Origin: a virus
Lineage: Duplodnaviria; Caudoviricetes
DNA: 38,301 nt
Reading direction: 5' to 3' (one strand)
Virus record (IMG/VR): IMGVR_UViG_3300044641_003116
Span: 1 to 38,301 of that record
Below the pieces are notes generated by a model. That model was given only the letters and a program-made list of their open reading frames with translations, had not been told where the DNA came from and searched no databases. This document shows positions 6,710-14,983 of this stretch, piece by piece. Each line of letters begins with the position of its first letter. Position 1 is the first letter of the stretch. Both the position numbers and the translations under genes were made by a program.

Positions 6710-8898
6710 CAAAACAGAGTAAGTTGTGATTTTGCGTTTTGAAGATTTTGACATGCTTGCTTAAAATAAGACTCTTTTAATTCGCTGCCAATAAACCGAC
6801 GATCCAAAGTCAAAGCACCGACGCCCTCACTGCCGATGCCGGTAAACGGTGAATAAACCAAATCGCCAGGATTAGACCAAAGCTCAACAGCGCGCTCGAT
6901 TACGTCTAACTGTAATGGGCAAATGTGACGCTCGTCGGCGTTATCGCGCGCCCCGTCTTTATTCAGAACGCGCCCTTGATCGACAGTCATCCAAACCGGC
7001 GACGCCACTTCCTGCCACCATGACACGGGATACTTGTTAGCATCCTTTGTGACTGGCTTGGGATTCTCGCCCGGCTTTCGAAAAACAAGAAGATAGTCAG
7101 GACATCCAACGCGTGAGTCGGCGCTGTCATTTTTCAGCGTCTTGTGAAGCAGCCCATGCGCTTTTGTGCGCTGCATTTCGGTGACTGGAGATTTCCATAT
7201 TGTGATGCGAGAATGAAAAAGAAATCCATGACGCCAAAATGCGCGGATAATTTCGCCGCTGAAGTCTTGAAACTCGATCTTGCCGTGCTTCCACTTAGTG
7301 GAGAGCAGGTCAACGCAATGCACCGCAACTTCGCGACCTGGGACAAGTATGCGAGCAATCTCCTCAATCAAAAGCTCAAAATGCTTTGTAAACTCGTTCA
7401 TGTCTGTGCAATTGCCCATGTCTTGCAGGTCGTCAGAATAGGTAAATAAATCCGCGAACGGCGGACTAAACACGCTAAAATCAACAGAATCGTCAGGCAA
7501 TGACTTAGCCACGCGCACGCAGTCTCCGTGATGAATTTGCCAGCCGTTGCCGCACATAGTATTAATGTCTGTTTTCATTGTCAGTGTCTTTTGTTGTTCT
7601 TTAAATGCTTGAGCCGCGATCTTCATGCGTTCCTGCATGGCGGTGTGCTGCTCGATTTTCCGCTGGATTGTTTTGAGGATTGCGCCCTCGGTGGACGCTT
7701 GGATGATGTAGGCGTGAACTTCGCGAGTCTGGCCGAATCGGTAGGATCGCCGCAAAGCCTGATAAAAGTCCTCGAATGAATAAGACAGTCCAACAAACGC
7801 GACGTGGCAGCAGTTCTGGAAGTTCATGCCGTAGCCAAAGATGCCGCTCTTGGAGATAAGAACGCGAATCTTGCCGCTCACGAAATCATCCGCAGCTTGC
7901 TCCTTTCGCTTCGCTGTGTGGCTTCCTTGAATCTCAGTCGATCCGACAATGTAACGCGCCAGCATCTCGCTTTCCTCGTTGGTATTGCACCAAACCAGCC
8001 ACGACTCATCCGATGAATTGACTAAATCGGCAAGACGCTCCACGCGATCATTAACCGTCAGCCGCATATCGCTGTGCATCGTTGTAGCCGATAGTGTGGC
8101 GTGCCTAAAAAGCTCGCCTTCTGCCGCGCCTTTCGAGTGATCCACTTCGACTGTGATCGTTTGCAGATTCAGTGGCGGCAGGTCGTAGCCGGCATCATCA
8201 AAGCCGATGTCTGATGGCTTCGAGATGCACGCAGCCCATGACGCCAGCCACGCCCAGAACTCTTTCTCTGCGTGCTTTTTCAGTCGCCAGTCGCCAGTGT
8301 TGAATGTGTCATTGATAAAGAACGTAGCTAGCATCTGCGCGGGCGAGCAAACGCCGAGAAAATCAGCGTGCTGGCCAAATTCAGTATAGTCGTTTGGCGA
8401 TGGTGTGGCCGTGCAGCAAAGCCGATACGGCGTCTCGCTAAACGTGGCAGTGAGAAGCTGCCGCATCTTGCCAGTAAAGTTTTTCAAGATGCTGGATTCA
8501 TCGAGAACGACGCCGACAAATTGAGTCGCATCAAACTTCTCAAGCTTCTCGTAGTTCGTGATCCAGATGCCCGGCGACTTCACATCGTCTTGTGACTCTG
8601 CCACCGTTGCCACGATGCCAAACTTAGCGGCCTCGTTAGCAGTCTGCCGTGCCACCGAAAGCGGCGTGAGGATAATCACGCTGCCGCCCGTGTGGCGACA
8701 TACCTGCGATGCCCATTCAAGTTGCTGAGCCGTCTTACCAAGGCCGCAATCCTCGAAAAGTGCGGCTCTCCCGTTCCTGACTGCCCACTTAACAACGTGC
8801 GACTGCCACTCAAAAAGCGGCGCGGTGATGCTAAGCGGCTCGAATCCGTGCGACGTAAAACGACGCGTTTTTTCTGTGATGAATTGATCGTAATCCAT
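6709..8898 (-). CDS. SNF2-type helicase fused to a beta-class N4C/N6A DNA methyltransferase
   Basis: DCGLGKT, DESS, TATP, GYGMNFQ, QALRRSYRFGQ; then HGDC, FSPPF (motif IV), HICPLQ, PFTGIGSEG (motif I), GSELK. Confidence 0.9.
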   Translation of the reverse strand: MDYDQFITEKTRRFTSHGFEPLSITAPLFEWQSHVVKWAVRNGRAALFEDCGLGKTAQQLEWASQVCRHTGGSVIILTPLSVARQTANEAAKFGIVATVAESQDDVKSPGIWITNYEKLEKFDATQFVGVVLDESSILKNFTGKMRQLLTATFSETPYRLCCTATPSPNDYTEFGQHADFLGVCSPAQMLATFFINDTFNTGDWRLKKHAEKEFWAWLASWAACISKPSDIGFDDAGYDLPPLNLQTITVEVDHSKGAAEGELFRHATLSATTMHSDMRLTVNDRVERLADLVNSSDESWLVWCNTNEESEMLARYIVGSTEIQGSHTAKRKEQAADDFVSGKIRVLISKSGIFGYGMNFQNCCHVAFVGLSYSFEDFYQALRRSYRFGQTREVHAYIIQASTEGAILKTIQRKIEQHTAMQERMKIAAQAFKEQQKTLTMKTDINTMCGNGWQIHHGDCVRVAKSLPDDSVDFSVFSPPFADLFTYSDDLQDMGNCTDMNEFTKHFELLIEEIARILVPGREVAVHCVDLLSTKWKHGKIEFQDFSGEIIRAFWRHGFLFHSRITIWKSPVTEMQRTKAHGLLHKTLKNDSADSRVGCPDYLLVFRKPGENPKPVTKDANKYPVSWWQEVASPVWMTVDQGRVLNKDGARDNADERHICPLQLDVIERAVELWSNPGDLVYSPFTGIGSEGVGALTLDRRFIGSELKESYFKQACQNLQNAKSQLTLF

Positions 8899-8922
8899 TG
8901 TGATGATGGTGATGATGTTTCG

Positions 8923-10095
8923 TTATTCTAATTGTCCTGCAGGAACGAGTTCCACGCTTGATTTGCCCACTTCCACGGCGCCAGTCAAGACTGCATCGTG
9001 CAGATTATCAAGTGCCTTGCCTTTTGAGTGCGTCGCATCTTTGAGAAGTTGCTTAACGTCGCCAAGACCGATTGAGCAAAGCGCGGTAAACTGCTCAGCG
9101 GTAACTCCGTGAGCTTCACATGCAGCAAAGACTTTTGTAACGTCGGTGATTGAGCGACGCCCCTTCTTTTCTCGCAGCGTAAAAAACTGCTGAAACCCAA
9201 GATCGTTCTTAGCCCGCACTTTTGCCACGCCCTCGATGGCGGCAACGTAGTATTTGACCATTGCCAGCCCGTTCATTGCTGCTGCAAGACGAGCGTCAGG
9301 AAGATCCGACACACGCGCCCACATGGCCTTTCTCTGCGTCTCGCCGTCCATTCCTGCAATGGTAGCAGGCTCGATAACTTCGACCTCCTGAATGGCCGCT
9401 TCTTGAAACTTACGGCACCCGTAGCGAGCTTTGCAATATTTGCACCAATCGCCAGCACGCAAATCATCAGGCCCGGCTTCCATCTCGGCATCGAGGGCAG
9501 CGAAAAGCCATGACTCGGCAAGTTTTAACCCGTTAGCGTTGAAGTCCGCCGTTGTTGGCTTGCCTTTCATGGGCTGGACAAGCGCAACGCGCACGTCAGT
9601 CAGCTTATGCTTTTTCGCCACTAGGACGGCCAAACTCATCAACTGCGGGTTCTCGATTGCCGTGGCATGATCTCCGCGCAGGCTTTTGAAGTCGATCAAA
9701 AGACCGTGAGTGCCGGAGATATAAAGCCGGTCAAACTGCCCGGTAAATATCACGTCGGCTTTTGTGCTTTCGGTGACTTCCACAACTCCGCCAAGACGTG
9801 TTAAGCCGTAGCGTTTTTCACTTAGCATATTACCTGCATCATGGCCCCATTCAGTGATAAGACTTGAAACCTGGCATTCACACATTTCCGCCGTTTGCAC
9901 AGCCTCGACGCTCGCAGTGTCTTCAGTCAGTTCGCCGGCAAGGATAGCGTGCACCTCATTGCCAATATTGGCCTCGGTAGTATCCTCCTCGACTGATGGC
10001 GCTGCAAACTCAGCTTGATGACTGCCGGGACATTCTAGCACGCGATGAAGTTTTGACGCGCTAGGCACGTTTTGGAATGGATTGACGTAGCTCAT
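8923..10095 (-). CDS. PD-(D/E)XK exonuclease (DUF2800/Cas4-like), probable partner of the recombinase
   Basis: SAS......CPGS, G..VH, EKR, GQFD, IDFK, QL, GDWCKYCKA...C. Confidence 0.85.
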   Translation of the reverse strand: MSYVNPFQNVPSASKLHRVLECPGSHQAEFAAPSVEEDTTEANIGNEVHAILAGELTEDTASVEAVQTAEMCECQVSSLITEWGHDAGNMLSEKRYGLTRLGGVVEVTESTKADVIFTGQFDRLYISGTHGLLIDFKSLRGDHATAIENPQLMSLAVLVAKKHKLTDVRVALVQPMKGKPTTADFNANGLKLAESWLFAALDAEMEAGPDDLRAGDWCKYCKARYGCRKFQEAAIQEVEVIEPATIAGMDGETQRKAMWARVSDLPDARLAAAMNGLAMVKYYVAAIEGVAKVRAKNDLGFQQFFTLREKKGRRSITDVTKVFAACEAHGVTAEQFTALCSIGLGDVKQLLKDATHSKGKALDNLHDAVLTGAVEVGKSSVELVPAGQLE

Positions 10096-11009
10096 GGCTG
10101 GCCTCCTTTCACAAGCTTCACGATTGCGTCAAACTGTGCAAGGCAGCTTGTCAAAACGTCAGCGGCAGCTTCAGTCAGCGGCACAAACTCAGGATCGGCG
10201 AGGCCTTGATCTGCCATCACGCCATGAACTTCAGACCATTTAATGCCAGCCACTGCGAGCTTGGCGGCGATTTGCTCATCCTGCGATGGCGCTTTATCGC
10301 TAAGAGAAAAGGATTCCGCATCCTCATTTGTATTAAACCCAGATGTCAATGCACACTTGGGCGAGGATGCGGCCTCTGACTGAGCCAGAGATTTGTATGG
10401 CGGAGGTTGCGGACATTCCTCCGGCGTAGGAGTTTTCGGTTTGAAAAGCTTGGAGTCGGTAGCTTTTGGCGTTACATCGCGAGCCATGCCAATACGCTCG
10501 GCTTCATCTTCGTCAGTGATGCCGCTGAAACCAAACGCCACGCGAGCGCACTGAATGGTTGCTTTGTGTCTAAGCATCCGATGCTCCATCTTCCACGGGT
10601 CAGTGTTACGACGGCATTCGCCTAGGTATTCAGTAACGCTAGTTGGATGCTTGCGATCTTTGCGATGAATAAGCGCGGTGCATGAAATGAGCTTGCCGTC
10701 GTTTTCAGTAAACTGAAACTCAATGCCATCAAACTGAGGATGGTCATTCATCATACGTAGCCAGCCGTCAATGGATACGACTGGAACAATGCCGCCGCCC
10801 TTGGCAGGGAATGCGTAGATTTCCTTTGTGAGCGGATTCAATCCATACTCGTTGGCGACAATGACCAAGCTCATAAGCTCGTCGTCAGAAGCGCCTTTAA
10901 AGACGGTATTCTTGAGCGTTCCAAGCAGTTTGGCTGGATCGACGTTGAACTTGCCTGCCATGGTGGCAAGCGCAGATGGTTTAGCGGTAGTAGTAAGTTG
11001 TGATGACAT
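10092..11009 (-). CDS. bet: Bet/RecT-family single-strand annealing recombinase
   Basis: YGLNPLTKEIYAFP, VVSIDGW, HPQFDG, EYLGEC, PW...RMLRHKA.IQCAR.AFGFSGI.D.DEAERI. Confidence 0.92.
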   Translation of the reverse strand: MSSQLTTTAKPSALATMAGKFNVDPAKLLGTLKNTVFKGASDDELMSLVIVANEYGLNPLTKEIYAFPAKGGGIVPVVSIDGWLRMMNDHPQFDGIEFQFTENDGKLISCTALIHRKDRKHPTSVTEYLGECRRNTDPWKMEHRMLRHKATIQCARVAFGFSGITDEDEAERIGMARDVTPKATDSKLFKPKTPTPEECPQPPPYKSLAQSEAASSPKCALTSGFNTNEDAESFSLSDKAPSQDEQIAAKLAVAGIKWSEVHGVMADQGLADPEFVPLTEAAADVLTSCLAQFDAIVKLVKGGQP

Positions 11010-11027
11010 AGTGGTGATGATGTGGGG

Positions 11028-11267
11028 TTAGATGAATGCAAGGCAGAGGATAATAACAACCAGCAGGATGCCGCCTGCAATGGCTGAGAATGTTTCGTGG
11101 TATCTGGCAAGGAGAAATCGGCGCTTTGCTTCTAGCCTGCGCTGACGTGGTGAGTTTGCGCGAATGTGATCGTCTAACTTAATCAACCACTCTGCGCGGT
11201 TGTCGGTTACACGGTCGCCCATGCCGGAGCGGAAATGGAATGAGGATAGATTATTCATTGGGTGCAA
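11028..11267 (-). CDS. Hypothetical protein with a C-terminal transmembrane helix
   Basis: Hydrophobic end FSAIAGGILLVVIILCLAFI; start may be a few codons downstream. Confidence 0.65.
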   Translation of the reverse strand: MHPMNNLSSFHFRSGMGDRVTDNRAEWLIKLDDHIRANSPRQRRLEAKRRFLLARYHETFSAIAGGILLVVIILCLAFI

Positions 11268-11577
11268 GGTATTCGATTGCGTCTAAAGCCAGTTGAATTG
11301 GAGTCCGAGCGCGCAAGGATGCTTCCCACGCTTCATTTTCACTGTAAAGCTGAATACCTGGATCTTCGCCAGCTACAGGCCAGCTCATGTAACGGTCAGC
11401 GATAACCCAAGTGAGGTTATCGTCATTGCGGAACTCCAAACGATAACCGCCATCAATAGCGTCAGGATTCTTGAGAATGAAACCAAGGTCTTCCAGCTTG
11501 GAAAACACGGCTACAAAAAATGCACGCTTGCGCGGCCCTTCGTTGATGGAGTCAAGCCATGGAGTTAAATCGTTCAT
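11251..11577 (-). CDS. Hypothetical protein
   Basis: 108 aa; ATGA overlap with the upstream gene. Confidence 0.7.
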   Translation of the reverse strand: MNDLTPWLDSINEGPRKRAFFVAVFSKLEDLGFILKNPDAIDGGYRLEFRNDDNLTWVIADRYMSWPVAGEDPGIQLYSENEAWEASLRARTPIQLALDAIEYLAPNE

Positions 11578-11756
11578 ATTGCGGCTCCTTTCCGAAGTCT
11601 CAGAGGATTGCCAGTCTTGGCTTGCTTGCGCTTAAGCAGGTCGGCGATTCCATTGGTAATGAATCCCTCGGCAAGGGACTGGAGAGAGCAGCCTTGATTG
11701 GCTGCGTTGATTCGTAGTTGCGAGTGTAATGACTCGCTAATTTTTAGTGTCTTCAT
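11574..11756 (-). CDS. Ribbon-helix-helix (Arc/CopG-like) DNA-binding protein
   Basis: KTLKI beta strand, then SESLHSQLRINAANQG and SLQSLAE helices; ATCATCAC leader. Confidence 0.75.
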   Translation of the reverse strand: MKTLKISESLHSQLRINAANQGCSLQSLAEGFITNGIADLLKRKQAKTGNPLRLRKGAAI

Positions 11757-11797
11757 GTGATGATATCGTGCGTTACAGACGCACCCCTGAGTTGTTG

Positions 11798-12058
11798 TTA
11801 AATATGAGGGACTGTTTCAGTGGCGTAAATGGCAGCACGCAGCTTTCCAATGCTGATTGAAATTTTAGACAAGGCTTTAATGCGCTTCTCTAAATCTTTG
11901 CGATCTGACCTATTAAGACCATCCGAGATTTTCCATCTTTCCCAAATGCGATCTGTTTCTTTATCTACATTTTGAGCAAGTAATAAAAGTTGCTCATGGT
12001 CGCTAAGAATGATTTTTGGAATAACTGAAAGAGTGAGGCTGTCTGAGTTTGTTGTCAT
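11798..12058 (-). CDS. Hypothetical protein, 86 aa; first gene of the probable early operon
   Basis: Start reassigned to ATG 12058 (MTTNSDS), preceded by three ATCATCAC-like motifs. Confidence 0.65.
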   Translation of the reverse strand: MTTNSDSLTLSVIPKIILSDHEQLLLLAQNVDKETDRIWERWKISDGLNRSDRKDLEKRIKALSKISISIGKLRAAIYATETVPHI

Positions 12059-12088
12059 GGTGTGATGATATGATGATGTCGTGATGAC

Positions 12089-12143
12089 CCGACAATCAAA
12101 ACACACGGTAGAAACTTCCACAAGTAGAAATTGTAATTTATTT
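12089..12143 (-). promoter_or_regulatory. Putative early promoter/operator
   Basis: Minus strand AT-rich tract, TTGTGG-N17-TTTGAT with TG extension, TTTCTAC present twice. Confidence 0.4.
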
Positions 12144-12347
12144 TCACCCGTGCCTATTTTGCCACTTAGCAAGGAAAAAGCTGAGAGGCTCGTCACCGTG
12201 GTCATTCATACGGCAAACGCACTTATCATGCTGGCATTCAACGAACGTGCATCCCGGATCATGGCTTACTTTCGGCTGTGCCGTTTTGAGCCGTCGACAT
12301 TTTGCCGTTGCGTTGAAATAATCTGCGATTCGTTGCCAGTCAGTCAT
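12144..12347 (-). CDS. Small Cys/His-rich hypothetical protein
   Basis: 67 aa; ATGA overlap with the upstream gene. Confidence 0.6.
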   Translation of the reverse strand: MTDWQRIADYFNATAKCRRLKTAQPKVSHDPGCTFVECQHDKCVCRMNDHGDEPLSFFLAKWQNRHG

Positions 12348-12499
12348 GATTTTACAATAATTGGCCCGTCACCAGTTGCAAACGCGCCGCCGCATATCTT
12401 GCGCCAACGTAATTGAGCCGCGTCCCAAAACTTCGCGCCTTTGATTAAGCGCCAGTCTTTCGGCCCGTCATAGAGCTTCCAGCCGAGAGGAACTTCCAT
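12344..12499 (-). CDS. Hypothetical protein, 51 aa
   Basis: Start reassigned to MEVPLGW at 12499 (TAATG overlap with the upstream small ORF). Confidence 0.6.
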   Translation of the reverse strand: MEVPLGWKLYDGPKDWRLIKGAKFWDAAQLRWRKICGGAFATGDGPIIVKS

Positions 12500-12624
12500 T
12501 AATCGGCGCATTCGATAACAATCTGGATAAACCACACAAGACTGAATAACGCCGTGCCATACACAAAGCCAAAACAATAAACGGCCAAGAAATAGAAACT
12601 GTATGGCCAGATTGCGCGTCTCAT
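12499..12624 (-). CDS. 41-aa membrane peptide
   Basis: Not in the ORF track. MRRAIWPYSFYFLAVYCFGFVYGTALFSLVWFIQIVIECAD; stop/start overlaps at both ends. Confidence 0.65.
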   Translation of the reverse strand: MRRAIWPYSFYFLAVYCFGFVYGTALFSLVWFIQIVIECAD

Positions 12625-13163
12625 AGCAGTTCAGCAATGGCCTCGCAAGCTGCCAGCCTTCGCACGGGATCAATCATCTTTTCGAGATCGCCTGCATTGT
12701 CGATGAAACCAAGCTCAATGAGGAAACACGGCTGAAACGCCATGACGGCAAGCCGTGAATGCTGGCTGGATGACTCCGTTTTAACGCCCCTCGACTTGGT
12801 GCCAAGAGCAGCGCATAAAGCCGCGTTGATTTTTGCAGCAAGGCCTTTGTTAAACTCGCCACGGTAAAACGTCTCTGTGCCATTAGCTGAGCCGTTTGCA
12901 GCGTTGCAATGGATAGATATCATAATGTCGCAGCCGTATTCTTCCGCGATGCCAGCACGCTCGCCAACTGGCGCTGGATCGCTGCCGTTGATTCGAGTCC
13001 TGACAACCTTGTGCCCGCGAGCTTGCAAGATGACGCGCAGTTCGTTAACCCAATCCATCGCGATCTCAGCTTCTTTTTTACCGAAGGCACAAGCGCCAGG
13101 ATCATAAGCACCTGCGCGCCGATTGCTCATTCCGTGGCCAGGATCTAGACATACAGCTTTCAT
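12621..13163 (-). CDS. Endolysin, N-acetylmuramoyl-L-alanine amidase (Amidase_3)
   Basis: LDPGHG, E, ISIHCNA, ANGTE, LIELGFIDN. Confidence 0.95.
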   Translation of the reverse strand: MKAVCLDPGHGMSNRRAGAYDPGACAFGKKEAEIAMDWVNELRVILQARGHKVVRTRINGSDPAPVGERAGIAEEYGCDIMISIHCNAANGSANGTETFYRGEFNKGLAAKINAALCAALGTKSRGVKTESSSQHSRLAVMAFQPCFLIELGFIDNAGDLEKMIDPVRRLAACEAIAELL

Positions 13164-13164
13164 T

Positions 13165-14148
13165 TTAATAAACCCTTCCGTTGATAATTTTGTGATTAGT
13201 CACCTCGTAGTTGCCATCGGCCTGCGTTTCAACCCATGCAAATCCGTGATTCCAACGATTCACAATGGCGTAATCCGGCGTCAGGTCGCAAAGGCACCCA
13301 GTGCTCCAACAGGATGAGAGCTTTTTGTTCAGCCCCGTGCTTTCAGTGTGCTCGCTAGTGCGATGCCAATGGCCACAGATAAGCGACTCTTGCACGCGCA
13401 TCCAAATGCCTCGCGCAGGATTGACTGGCGATGACATGCCCTGCGGCAATTCGTGCCCGTGGTAAATCGGCAAGCTGCCAAGTCGAATAAGCGTCAGCGA
13501 TGGCACAAGCTCGATTCTCGACTCATCAAATTTCAGCAGCACTGGAAGCTCAAAGTCTGACACGCCTAGAAGCACGGGCGCATTCTTAACCAAAAACATC
13601 TCCATCCGGGCTTCGTGGTTTCCGATTTTGTAAAGGATGCGTGCGTTCGGGAACTGCTTGCGGAGGTGGAAAAGGAACTGGCGGATTGCATCAAGCTCAT
13701 CCGCAAGCGATCGGCGCGGATCTTTGTCGTGACGTGACACGCCGTAAAAATCACCGATGTCACCGTTGAGGATAATCACGTCAGGTTTCTTTTTCTTACC
13801 GTGCGTGATAGCAGCAGCCACAGCTACCTCATCGTGATATGGAATGTGAATGTCTGATAGGATCAGAACCTTCAAGGCTCCGCTCAAAACGATTGGCTCC
13901 CGCGTTCTTGCGAGCGTCTTAGGTATCACATCCTTCTGCCAGCCAAGAGGCTTGAATGCCGATTTATCCGTAGCGTATTTAGTATGACGTTTTCCTTTGG
14001 CCCCCCGAAGTCTCCTTATAATGTCGCGAGCCGATTCCGGGGATAGAAAAACCTTGGGCAATTCTTTATGCAAAACTTTGGCAAGCGTGAGGTTTTCCGT
14101 TTCTGGAAAACGTTCAAAATACGATCTAACGATATCAGCTTTAGTCAT
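13165..14148 (-). CDS. Calcineurin-like metallophosphoesterase
   Basis: SDIHIPY, NGDIGD, GNHE, HGH, GHWH; start MTKADIV at 14148 (ATGA overlap). Confidence 0.9.
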   Translation of the reverse strand: MTKADIVRSYFERFPETENLTLAKVLHKELPKVFLSPESARDIIRRLRGAKGKRHTKYATDKSAFKPLGWQKDVIPKTLARTREPIVLSGALKVLILSDIHIPYHDEVAVAAAITHGKKKKPDVIILNGDIGDFYGVSRHDKDPRRSLADELDAIRQFLFHLRKQFPNARILYKIGNHEARMEMFLVKNAPVLLGVSDFELPVLLKFDESRIELVPSLTLIRLGSLPIYHGHELPQGMSSPVNPARGIWMRVQESLICGHWHRTSEHTESTGLNKKLSSCWSTGCLCDLTPDYAIVNRWNHGFAWVETQADGNYEVTNHKIINGRVY

Positions 14149-14237
14149 AGATCGTGAAAAAATAGTGCAATAATGGCGAGTGATCCAACCGCTACCAAAG
14201 CAAAGAAGATGCCTAGGGTAACGGTTAGAACGGTCAT
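14145..14237 (-). CDS. 30-aa single-pass membrane peptide
   Basis: Not in the ORF track. MTVLTVTLGIFFALVAVGSLAIIALFFHDL; its stop overlaps the next start. Confidence 0.6.
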   Translation of the reverse strand: MTVLTVTLGIFFALVAVGSLAIIALFFHDL

Positions 14238-14242
14238 GGCGA

Positions 14243-14419
14243 TTAGAGGCCAGTCTTGTCGCCGTCCTTGGCAGCAATCAAGCCAAGACTCACAGCAAGA
14301 GCCGTCACCTGATGGGCAATAGGCGCGTATTGCGGCAGCACGACGGGCACCACTACGGAGGCAAAACCAAAGATGCCAGCAAGGGTAGTTTTCCAGTTTT
14401 TGAAGATGTTCTTTTTCAT
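14243..14419 (-). CDS. Putative holin, 58 aa
   Basis: Not in the ORF track. MKKNIFKNWKTTLAGIFG...LGLIAAKDGDKTGL; two hydrophobic segments, upstream of the endolysin. Confidence 0.75.
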   Translation of the reverse strand: MKKNIFKNWKTTLAGIFGFASVVVPVVLPQYAPIAHQVTALAVSLGLIAAKDGDKTGL

Positions 14420-14420
14420 G

Positions 14421-14588
14421 TTATTTGCGGAGGTTGTTTATTGCTGAAATGCAGCCTAGAATTCCTGCTAAAGTCCCGACTGCTAAAGAACTTAGCTTGA
14501 GCCAAACTTCAATCTCTGCAAGACTCGTCACCGTGCTTGCAAAGGCAATTAGTGAACCGATGAAAGGAGTGAGGTGATTGTCTTGCAT
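14421..14588 (-). CDS. Holin-like membrane protein, 55 aa
   Basis: Not in the ORF track. MQDNHLTPFIGSLIAFAST...LSSLAVGTLAGILGCISAINNLRK; tightly packed with neighbours. Confidence 0.65.
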   Translation of the reverse strand: MQDNHLTPFIGSLIAFASTVTSLAEIEVWLKLSSLAVGTLAGILGCISAINNLRK

Positions 14589-14591
14589 AAA

Positions 14592-14981
14592 TTAAACAGC
14601 GTCTAATTGTTGAGCCAAAGCAAACACTTCGTCGATCTCGGATTCAGTCTTGCCCAAAGCTGAAGCAATCTGCAAAACGCGAAAATGAGCGCGTGAAACT
14701 GTGGTCGCAAATTCAAAATCAGTCTGAGCTTTGAACCGTTCGTTAAGGTCTTCGATGCTGGCAACGTAAGCGCTAATTCTGATTGTAAGGTCACGCCCGC
14801 ACGCTTCGCGAAAGCTCCGCATTGAAACGACAATTGGCAGCGTATCACTGGCGCTTTTGTAAGTATAGCCAGCCGCAATAGCATCGCTTTCCAGCATCGT
14901 ATTTGGTGCTAATGGCGCGTCATTAGGTGCCAAAGAAATATTGGTGATCGTGGTTCCGTCGATGTGAGCAATTCGTTTCAT
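14592..14981 (-). CDS. Tail fibre-associated protein (possible chaperone)
   Basis: Follows the fibre gene; C-terminal FE.AT...R......IA.ALG.....IDEVF..A pattern. Confidence 0.6.
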   Translation of the reverse strand: MKRIAHIDGTTITNISLAPNDAPLAPNTMLESDAIAAGYTYKSASDTLPIVVSMRSFREACGRDLTIRISAYVASIEDLNERFKAQTDFEFATTVSRAHFRVLQIASALGKTESEIDEVFALAQQLDAV

Positions 14982-14983
14982 AA

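Noticed and set aside
8923-10095. Cas4-like nuclease as evidence of a CRISPR system
   Set aside because: No array or other cas genes; its position next to bet fits a recombination exonuclease
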